A stretch of 20,000 nucleotides of DNA from Welwitschia mirabilis (taxonomy: Eukaryota). The notes beneath the pieces are model-generated. The model did not search any database. It saw only the letters and a list, made by a program, of their open reading frames with translations, and was not told where the DNA came from. Positions within the stretch are counted from its first letter, which is position 1. Each line of letters begins with the position of its first letter. The stretch lies in the NCBI GenBank assembly GCA_051453625.1, contig JBOZIK010000001.1, positions 19,803,639 through 19,823,638 on the forward strand, read 5' to 3'. Positions 10,952-20,000 of this stretch are shown piece after piece. The translations under genes and the position numbers were made by a program.

Positions 10952-12432
10952 TGAGGATCATTAAACTTAGAGGAGATGGATGAATGAATTCCACCAAATA
11001 AAAATTAAACCAATATCAGAATGGAAATGTATAATAAAAACACCTTACCAATAATATGGTTCCCCATCCTGGGTACATTCACACATAAAGAGTAGCTTCT
11101 GCTCACACCTTTGGATATTCTTGACCTATAAGAAAATAGTGATTTTATAGTGTAACACTAACCTAGTAACAAATGAGCTTCTCCTTGCAAGATAGCACTT
11201 TCTCCTCCTCAAGGAAATAGTGGTTTTCATAGGCGCACCATGAATCTTTTATAATAGTGAGAGTCTTCTTGCAAGACAACACTCTCTTCCTAACTAGGGA
11301 ATAATGGTTTTCTAGATCACCATTAATCTTACATCAAACAAGTTCCTAAAAACACAATTATAAATGCACACTCCTAAAAAAGTTACCTTACAAAGTATTT
11401 GATATTAAAAAATGGACTTATAATAATATTCAACAATAAGATAGTTCATAATGTAAAACCAAAAGTACAATAAAACAATAAGCTTGAAGATATTTCTTTG
11501 ATGAAGATTTAAGCTCATTAACATTATTATTATATTCATGAGTATGAATTAATATAATAGCAATGTAGATTCAAGAATACATGATAAAAGCAATGCAAGC
11601 TCTTTACAAATGATGCCTTTGATTCTTCATGAGATATTTCTTACACTTATGCATTCTTTGTTCCTGATTGGATCATTGTATACCAATATTCAAAAGCTAA
11701 ATATTCACTTTTAATCTAATAATCCCTCTTTGTTTCATGAGTTAATCCTTCATACTGTTAAAGAAGATCTAGTTGTTTGAACTTGAAAGACAGTCATTTG
11801 AGCTTGAAAGATAGCCATTTGATTTTATAACTATCATTTAATGAATAAAAAACATCTAGGCATCAAGCACATAACTTTGGTTTTGATTGATACAAACTTT
11901 TCACTTTTCTAGACATCTACTAATAATTAGATGTGTTTACCTTATAGTTGTCTTTAGTTAACTTGTCTTAATTTTAATGCATTTTGCTCTATAGTATTCT
12001 TTGACCTCTTTAATCATAAATTCATGATGTATAAGTTCATAGTTCATCTGAAGTGCAAGATATTAGGCAAAGACCAAATTAACTTTATTACCTATTTTGA
12101 CTCAGTATAAACATCTTCATCTGTATAAAGTTTGACTTTTAGCTTACTTGTCTTGAATATGGTAATCATCTTTTAGCTTTTGATTTAATTTCCAATACAC
12201 TAGAGATTTATTCAATTTATTAGTCCTCTTTATTTAAGATGTTTTCAATTTCCTAGATATCTTTAAACAATTAATTTTATATTTGACCAACTAATCTTTT
12301 TCGAAGATGTTGTCTTTTAAAATTCATTATGATCTAAGGCCTATCAATGTCTGATGCTTTTAGTATTGACCCATCTACATGCTAATATAAAATATTTAAC
12401 AAGTGGAATCATCAAGATTAGATTTACTAACA
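10952..12432 (-). repeat. LTR2 (~1480 bp): 5' LTR of element C
   Basis: TG..CA termini (tgagga...ctaaca); homology to LTR1 stops abruptly after 12432. Confidence 0.9.
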
Positions 12433-13850
12433 TATAATAAATTTTTAATGTTCATGTTGGAACTTATGAAGTCACTTCTATTGCAAAATACTAAAAGCTT
12501 CTATATGAATAAATCAATTTAAGAATCTCAAGATGAGCCATAGAGAAAGGGTTCATTAATACTTTTCTAGAGTTTTAAATGTTATAAAAACAATACATGA
12601 CATTTTTCTAAAAGCAAAGGTAATATAAAAAGTTGTTAAATCACTAATGTCTAATTATAGAATCAAAACAACAACTATGAAAGAGTTTAGAGATCTCAAT
12701 ACAATGAAGATGAAAGAGCTATAAAGTTCTCTTATAACATATCAAAAGAATGTCATACAAGACAGAGCATTGAAAGAAAAACATATTGCACTTAAGCAAG
12801 TTAAAGCATGAACTAAAGATCAAAAGGAAAGGTGAATAAAAAAATAGGAATAAGATGACTTTGATGATGGAAATGCATAACTGACTTTCATTACAAAAAG
12901 AGTAAAGATAATTCTTGCATGTAAATACAACAAAAATAATAACTTTAAAAAACCATATCATTTTCTAACCAAAGATAAATCTAAATGTAATTCTTCTAAT
13001 AATACTTCTTTTTCAGATATTTCAAAAGTAGAATATTAGACACATGAAGAACAAGAACATATAACCTCTGAATACCCTAGTATTGACATGTTATAGGATA
13101 AGGAATAAAAAAAAGAGCCAAAGAAGAAGAAATATTTATTTATTAAATAGGATGATGAGAAAGAGGTAATAAAAAAAAAACATCTAATAATAAGAAAGCA
13201 CATCCTTCATAGATGGCCATTGCACACCTTCAAGAATAAGATGATGAATTAGAAGAAGAGTGTAATTCAAAAAATAAAGATGATATAAGTATGAGTATCC
13301 AAGAAAAGTACATTATAATATCTAAAGAATTTATTAATCTACAAAAATTATATACTAATATGATAAAGCTACTTTACACTTGTGAAGAAGCTTATAAATA
13401 AGAAAAGAATACTTACAAAAAATTACCCTCTAAAACTTAGCTCTTAAAGCTAAGGTTAGTAGTCTAATGTGTTTTTTAGAGAATGTAAGATGATAACTTT
13501 CATACTAAAAGAAAATCATTGAAATATTTACATAAGGCAAAGAGATCTTAAATATCATACATGGGCAAAACAAAAATCCAAACAATAGCAATGGCTTAAA
13601 ACATAATAAATCACAACTGGCACTTCAGCTTTTCTATATGAAAAATGAAACTACAAGCTAAGGTATGAATATTTAGGATTTACAAACAATATTATTTACT
13701 AATATTTTCATAGCAGAGTTCATTATCAGGATAGATGTCAAATGAAATTTAAAAGCAGGTATTATACTAACAATACCAAGAGGCATAATACAGTGGTATA
13801 TTATTTTGTACAGGATAAATCAAGAAAAGTTTGAATACCAAAAGAAAAAT
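12433..13850 (+). pseudogene. gag fragment: UBN2/Retrotran_gag_2 C-terminal half, two degenerate Zn knuckles, SIRE-type motifs
   Basis: QFKNLKMSHRERVH*YFSRVLNVI; KSLMSNYRIKTTTMKEFRDLNTMKMKELISSLITYQ at ~12638-12745 (consensus KVTAIEExKDLxxxxxDELxGSLxTYE); KEKHIALK; EHITSEYP at ~13056-13080; FT*GKEILNIIHGQNKNPNNSNGLKHN at ~13527-13607; RVHYQDRC; RKV*IPK at ~13823-13843. Confidence 0.88.
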
Positions 13851-14826
13851 AAACACTTCTAGCATAAAATACCTTATAAAGTGCTTTTAATGAATTCAAA
13901 TGTTTATTAAAAAAAACTAGAGAAGTAAAGAATAGGATGAATATTAGAAGGAATCAATAAAACATAAGAGATAAAACAAAGGCATTGTAATACAAGATAC
14001 TATTGATCTACTTGGCAATGTGGTCTTAAAATCTGAAGGTAATGAAAGATATATTAATTCATATAGGAACTTAGAGATTGAACATTATCCAATCAAGTAA
14101 GCAAATAGGTAATATCCTTTAACATCTCAACTCCATTACATTTATTTTATGAGTTGATATTATGATTAAATGTAGTTAATGTAGCTAAAGTTAAATTATG
14201 TGTGTGATATTTATCTTTTTGAAATATTATTATTATGCTTGTATTAAATCCTTTTTTCAAAAATGTAGATCTTTTGTTGCAGACATCTTTAATTTTTTAG
14301 ACATCTCTAGTGGAGATGTCTTGAGATTTATAGATGTCTTAGAAGCAAGTACCTTAATTCTGATAGACATCTTTAAAGGGTAGATACACTATTTTATCTT
14401 TTCAAAATAAACATCTTAAGCTTTGTAAACTCTTAGTAGTAGGAAAATGTATTGAATATTTTTTAATAAAAGATGTTTTTGAGTTTCTAGAAGTTTACTT
14501 TTTGCATTTTAAACATCTTTCAGGTTGCAAACATCTTGACGATAGTATTGTATAAATTAAAAACACGTTAAAACTTAGGATTTTGACCTTTTCTATTTGC
14601 AAAAGGGACTACCAAAACTTATTTTTAAGTCCCTAGTTAACAGGTGTTTTTCTTAAGATATTTTTTAGACTTTATCTTCTTAAATTTCTCTAGCAACACA
14701 TCTTGAATCTTTGAGACATCTCAATAGCAAGCAAGAATAGGATTTTCTCTTAAATAGGTGTATGTTTTTCATAGTTTCTTATATCTTAATTGATCTTTTA
14801 TTAGTTTCTTATTTTATCTTATAAAA

Positions 14827-15940
14827 ATGGTTAGAAGAAAGGTAGCAAGAACTTATAAAGGGAAAGAACAAGCCTCAGAATAATAAAGATCATCATATGA
14901 AATTCAAGTCTATCATGAGGTAGCTACAAGAAGATTCAGAACTTGGTCTAGAACTTAATCATTATAGAAAGGATACTTGAATTTCATAAAAAGCATAGAG
15001 ATTAGCTTATGGATTACTTTACTTATCTAGGATAAAAATAATAATTCAACTAGATCAACCTATTCTAGATCCAGTGGTAAGAGAAATTTATGCCAACATT
15101 TATGAAATAGATTATAGCATGGGTGTCTTCCAAACATAGGTTAAAAATATTTCTTTGCATATTGTTCCCAGTTTTTTTAATTTATTGTTTAGCATATATG
15201 ATATGGAGATCCCTCACATTTATACTCATTCATCCAAAGCAATATTTAGTTCTAGAGTTCTTAGTGTGTCTCGATGTAGTATAAGCAATGTTTTATTTGG
15301 GCACAGTAGAATGAATTTTGTTGAAAACATTGAGAGAAAAGATATGATACTAGATATTTCAATTCTTAGTTTAATAACCTTCCATGAAATTTTGATCAGA
15401 GAAGGTAGTTGTAGCTATTGTAAACTAGTGTAGACTTTTGTAGTATATTTCTTACTCATTGGATTATAGATAGATTTGGATTTTATTTTATGTATGAATA
15501 TCATCTCATTATTTTACAAGGGATAGACTTTTAGCACCCTTGTCTTATTAGCTTGGTTATCAGTAGTACAAACATTTTCATTCCACATGTTAACCTCATT
15601 CGTCAAAAGAAACCATTGGCAAAATTTAGTAAAAAACATAGAGTACCAGTGCCATTAGGAGAGGGCACAAGCAGGAGGACACCACAATATCAATGTTCAT
15701 TTTCTACTACTACTACTCATAACTCTTTAGTAAAAAATGGATTAAAGACCATTGATAAAATGGTGGATGAAATTAGAATAAATTTCGTTTAATTCTTAAG
15801 AAACATAGATCTATAGTAAGTAAGGGTGACACACTGGTAGAGAGTTAGGAATCCATGAGGACTCTTACATGGTCAGACTTAGAGGCGAGGTCAAAAGAAG
15901 AAGAGAAAGTAAGACCTTCAGATCCATTTAAAATAGGTTA
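14827..15940 (+). pseudogene. env-like / extra 3' ORF of a SIRE-type element (putative plant transposon protein, Transposase_32-like), degenerate; 3' end approximate
   Basis: Starts MVRRKVARTYKGKEQAS; then IIIERIL..YFTYLG*; PILDPVVREIYANIY at ~15059-15103 (VREFYAN motif); *VKNISLHIVPSFFNLLF; HEILIREGSCSYCKLV*TFVVYFLLIGL*IDLDFIL..PCLISLVI. Includes track ORFs 15155-15433 and 15553-15792. Confidence 0.8.
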
Positions 15941-16019
15941 TAACTTAAGTATGGTAGCAATCACAGTGTGTATTTGTGGAAATGTTACATCCTTAAATAA
16001 AACTTGAAAATCATAAATA

Positions 16020-16828
16020 NNNNNNNNNNNNNNNNNNNNNNNNNNNNNNNNNNNNNNNNNNNNNNNNNNNNNNNNNNNNNNNNNNNNNNNNNNNNNNNNN
16101 NNNNNNNNNNNNNNNNNNNNNNNNNNNNNNNNNNNNNNNNNNNNNNNNNNNNNNNNNNNNNNNNNNNNNNNNNNNNNNNNNNNNNNNNNNNNNNNNNNNN
16201 NNNNNNNNNNNNNNNNNNNNNNNNNNNNNNNNNNNNNNNNNNNNNNNNNNNNNNNNNNNNNNNNNNNNNNNNNNNNNNNNNNNNNNNNNNNNNNNNNNNN
16301 NNNNNNNNNNNNNNNNNNNNNNNNNNNNNNNNNNNNNNNNNNNNNNNNNNNNNNNNNNNNNNNNNNNNNNNNNNNNNNNNNNNNNNNNNNNNNNNNNNNN
16401 NNNNNNNNNNNNNNNNNNNNNNNNNNNNNNNNNNNNNNNNNNNNNNNNNNNNNNNNNNNNNNNNNNNNNNNNNNNNNNNNNNNNNNNNNNNNNNNNNNNN
16501 NNNNNNNNNNNNNNNNNNNNNNNNNNNNNNNNNNNNNNNNNNNNNNNNNNNNNNNNNNNNNNNNNNNNNNNNNNNNNNNNNNNNNNNNNNNNNNNNNNNN
16601 NNNNNNNNNNNNNNNNNNNNNNNNNNNNNNNNNNNNNNNNNNNNNNNNNNNNNNNNNNNNNNNNNNNNNNNNNNNNNNNNNNNNNNNNNNNNNNNNNNNN
16701 NNNNNNNNNNNNNNNNNNNNNNNNNNNNNNNNNNNNNNNNNNNNNNNNNNNNNNNNNNNNNNNNNNNNNNNNNNNNNNNNNNNNNNNNNNNNNNNNNNNN
16801 NNNNNNNNNNNNNNNNNNNNNNNNNNNN
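16020..16828. other. Assembly gap
   Basis: Run of N. Confidence 0.99.
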
Positions 16829-17409
16829 TAATCTAGAAAATGAAATGAAATGCACCTAAGCTAATAATATCAATCTTAGTAAAGGTTTTTCTCATGATCT
16901 ATATCGCAAATGAAGCTGTCATGAAATCATAAGTAATATAAACTATAAGGGAGATGCACATAACAAATGATATGAAAATAAAGATAGAGTTCTTGATTAA
17001 GTCGAACCAAGATCTATTTTAATAAAGTAGCAACACCTCGATGAAGGATACATGGCCTAATACCAAGGAAGACATTTTCTATAATAATAAGAAATGGACC
17101 TACTATCCTTTGATCTCTTGTCAAAGTCAAAGTCAAGGATGAAGGAGGTATTTATTAAAAAATAAACTCTAAAAACAATAAAAATTAATAAATGCAGTAA
17201 AATCTAATAGCTACGTAAGAAGGTGCAAGACATATGGTGAAAGTTTATTGAAGCTTGGTGAAGTGTTGTTTTTAGGTATCATCCTACTAGTTGTCTGGAC
17301 ATCACAGGAGATGATGCCACATCATACAAGTTTCACATCAACTGTCAAATTAGTCCAATAAGCATCCTCATCAACATAAGTACTTCTATCATTTATATAG
17401 TTGTCTGAA
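16829..17409 (-). repeat. Fragment of an older LTR distantly related to 18154-18700
   Basis: Collinear short matches: atgaaggatacatggcc (17041) ~ atggaggatacacagcc (18256); tatttat (17150) ~ tatttat (18388); tcatcctactagttgtctggac (17279) ~ ttatcctacttgtcgtgtggac (18601). Confidence 0.5.
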
Positions 17410-17848
17410 TGATGAGTATTGCGATGTGTATTTACGCAAGCTTTTATACTCAAAGAGATCCTATTATTAATAATTAAAATAAATATTTTGCACAATACAT
17501 CACACTAATATAATAGGAGTTATCCCAAAATATCATATTCTTGTTGAAGTCTATGAGTATAAGACTTAGATTACTTTGCAAATAATAGGAACCAAGAAAT
17601 AAATAACAATGCAATGAAATAAAAGATATAATGCAAAATGCAAGATGCAATATAAACTAACATGCAATGCAAAAATAATCTTAACTCTACTTACTTTTAG
17701 CCTTAACTAATGCTACAATTGATAATCTATATCATCCAAGAAATTATCACTAGATCAAGGGAAACATTGACTATAAGGATCATAAGAAAATCTACAATGC
17801 AAATATGAAAATAAAACAAAGGTTTATATTAGAAAGAGTAATAATTAT

Positions 17849-18153
17849 NNNNNNNNNNNNNNNNNNNNNNNNNNNNNNNNNNNNNNNNNNNNNNNNNNNN
17901 NNNNNNNNNNNNNNNNNNNNNNNNNNNNNNNNNNNNNNNNNNNNNNNNNNNNNNNNNNNNNNNNNNNNNNNNNNNNNNNNNNNNNNNNNNNNNNNNNNNN
18001 NNNNNNNNNNNNNNNNNNNNNNNNNNNNNNNNNNNNNNNNNNNNNNNNNNNNNNNNNNNNNNNNNNNNNNNNNNNNNNNNNNNNNNNNNNNNNNNNNNNN
18101 NNNNNNNNNNNNNNNNNNNNNNNNNNNNNNNNNNNNNNNNNNNNNNNNNNNNN
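17849..18153. other. Assembly gap
   Basis: Run of N. Confidence 0.99.
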
Positions 18154-18683
18154 TATAAGGGTAATAAAAAATACTTAAGATATAAACATGAAAAGAAAAC
18201 CAAGTTTTATATTAAAAGAGTAATAACATCAGGGTTACAAAACAACCGGGTCTTAATGGAGGATACACAGCCCTCCACCAAGCGCACGTCTTTCTGCAAC
18301 ACACGCAGATGGATCTTCCACCCTTTACTCTTCTATCATGAGAATGTCTGGTGCAATGAAGATAAAAAGGAGAGTTGAAGGGGAACTTATTTATAGGCAA
18401 ATATAGCCGAAAATAATAGATAGTAGGTGTAGTTACATATGCTCATTAAGGACTCAAAAATAGATGAAACGTTTAAGGGAATTTGTCAGTGATAGTTACA
18501 TGTTAGTGTCATCCAAACTATCATCCAGATGACATAGGGGATGATAGAACATCATAAAATATCTTCAAAATCATGACTCAGTAGTCCACATCAGTAGTCA
18601 TTATCCTACTTGTCGTGTGGACGATGGAGGAGAAGATGATCTTCTTTGATGATTTTCGTGAGGAGAAACTTAGCATTTTTATT

Positions 18684-18844
18684 AGTCCTACAAAACCACT
18701 CATAAAACTTATATCTCCAAAGTGTATTTAATACAACAAATTTAGATAATAATCGCACTTTTTAGAGATTTCCTCTTGTATCTTTAAAATCCTTAGAATT
18801 TCACCTAAACTTATATAAAAGTCCTGCAAAACCACTCATAAAAC
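18684..18844 (+). repeat. 25-bp direct repeat (18684-18708, 18820-18844)
   Basis: agtcct(a/g)caaaaccactcataaaac, 1 mismatch. Confidence 0.9.
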
Positions 18845-18877
18845 CCCATCAAATAACTATAAATTGGCAGTACAACA

Positions 18878-18915
18878 TAATCCTCCACTTAGTCTTTGTC
18901 AGATCCTGATAAAAA
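18878..18915 (-). promoter_or_regulatory. PPT and adjacent conserved block, Athila-like
   Basis: Minus strand TTTATCAGGATCTGACAAAGACTAAGTGGAGGATTA|TGTTG resembles the Athila TTGCTTGAGGACAAGCAA..TAAGTxTGGGGG|TG junction. Confidence 0.55.
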
Positions 18916-20000
18916 CTAGGTGGAAAAACCATAATTGCGAGCCAATTTATCTTTCAAATGATAAATCTGGAAATCATAAAATAGGCTCATAAAGCACATC
19001 ACATAAATAAATGATAAGTAATGTATAATGTGTATGAAAATTTTATGTCATAAAAGATCTAAATTTAAAAATTTTTGAAAAATGAATCATGAAAATTGGT
19101 CTCTTCTCCCTGCCTTCCAAAAAGAAAAGACAATACATCCCATATTTGAAAATAAATAAAAGAAAGTAAATAGGAGTGAGAAGGCAGGTTAAAGAGGACA
19201 GCGTTCCAAAATGAAGTGCAAAATTGAGTAATGTCAGATTTGAAAAATATAGATCTATGAAATATTTTAATAAGTAAAGAAAAAGAGTGGATAATAAAAA
19301 TGTTTCATCAACACCAAAAATCTAGAGAAAATACTTATCTAAATAAGAAATTATCTTTTATTGAAAAGGAAAACATGCTAAGAAGATATGATAATGACTC
19401 TGAAATAACTAACCAAATCATGAAAGAAAACAAAAAGAATGGGCATATGATAACATAAACAAAAATAGCTCACTGATCTGATATTTTAACCTAACATATT
19501 CTTATGAAAGAAATTATAACATTACTTAGTGCATGACTTAATATAAAAAAATTCCATTCAATACAGTAGTGATTATGACAATACTAGAATAAAATGCTTT
19601 AAATAATGAATGATCAGACCAAAGAATTATTTAAAAATGAACTCTCCTGCTATCATTTCAAAATAAACACTCAAATCTAAAGAAATAAAATGATTATGTG
19701 AAAAGACTAAGAGTTTAAAAAATAAGCACTACTTATGATGACACCAAGAACATCACTACTCCCATAGCCTTAAAGTTTATATACAACTTTATTATCCATG
19801 ATGAGTGGCATGCAAATATAATCAGAGAAGTAAGGACCCATAAAGTATGGCCAACTGACCTCCCAGTGGAGTTCTCATAGCTACCAAATTACACTATCAA
19901 AATCCTCTCAAAAATGTTTGCTTGGATGTACTTATGATAGGACATTATAGTGGCCATTTTTTTGAGATATCACAAATATAAAACATTATAGTATTTATTT
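18878..20000 (-). mobile_element. Probable long non-coding 3' internal region of the Athila-like element; continues beyond the window
   Basis: Lies internal to the PPT; A-rich on the + strand; no ORFs or protein motifs recognised. Confidence 0.45.

Larger units (their letters stand above)
4608..12432 (-). mobile_element. Element C: two-LTR SIRE/Maximus-like Ty1/copia retrotransposon, degenerate, internally deleted in gag, no env-like ORF
   Basis: Order on the minus strand is LTR2-PBS-gag-PR-INT-RT-RH-3'UTR-PPT-LTR1. INT before RT indicates copia. SIRE-type gag motifs, PPT and LTR-end motif are present. Confidence 0.9.
12433..16019 (+). mobile_element. Element D: related SIRE-like element fragment in the opposite orientation (gag - no pol - 3' internal region - env-like ORF)
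   Basis: 13190-13850 is homologous to the reverse complement of C's gag, and 14060-14240 to the reverse complement of ~6760-6940. An env-like ORF follows downstream. Confidence 0.85.
17410..18877 (-). repeat. Probable 3' LTR of an Athila-like Ty3/gypsy element (contains a gap; left boundary uncertain)
   Basis: TGATG...CAACA imperfect terminal inverted repeat. TATA-like CCTATAAATA on the minus strand at ~18388-18397. Followed by a PPT-like tract in Athila-style context. Confidence 0.55.

Noticed and set aside
12719-12961. Hydrophobic 80-aa minus-strand ORF (also 2086-2286, 6056-6241, 7247-7432, 10286-10492, 14198-14383)
   Set aside because: Antisense shadows of gag/pol, or chance ORFs in AT-rich LTR/UTR sequence; no independent support.
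13759-13812. Possible intron at the end of gag (CAG|GTATTA..TACTAAC..TGTACAG|G)
   Set aside because: Only ~55 nt, the branch-like motif is adjacent to the donor, and the signals are poorly conserved in B and C; untestable without transcripts.
1-16019. Fungal RIP as the cause of AT-richness
   Set aside because: The element lineages are plant-type, and methylation-driven deamination is sufficient.
15938-16855. Long ORFs (305 aa and 275 aa) in the track
   Set aside because: Almost entirely X from the N gap; artefacts.
17607-17675. ATGCAA-rich stretch
   Set aside because: Low-complexity segment common in gypsy LTRs; no regular period.
17805-18203. ORFs of 117 aa and 124 aa
   Set aside because: They span the N gap; artefacts.
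18212-18400. Cys/Arg-rich 62-aa ORF
   Set aside because: Non-ATG start overlapping the TATA-like box inside a probable LTR; no recognisable domain.

Overview
AT-rich plant (eukaryotic) repetitive DNA made entirely of old, pseudogenised LTR retrotransposons, with four assembly gaps and no intact host gene. Bases 1-12432 hold a minus-strand tandem of Ty1/copia elements of the SIRE/Maximus (Sirevirus)-like lineage: internal B (up to 4607), LTR1 (4608-6137), internal C (6138-10951) and LTR2 (10952-12432). LTR1 is shared, with B's PBS on one side and C's PPT on the other. The tandem abuts, and probably interrupts, a related plus-strand element D (12433-16019). B and C keep pol but share the same deletion of the Gag capsid-like (UBN2) region and first zinc knuckle, and C has no env-like ORF. 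D keeps that Gag region and an env-like ORF but lacks essentially all of pol, giving a complementary gene content. Bases 16829-20000 look like Athila-type Ty3/gypsy LTR and 3' internal sequence. Family calls rest on motifs recognised by eye, identities are visual estimates, and no searches were run.
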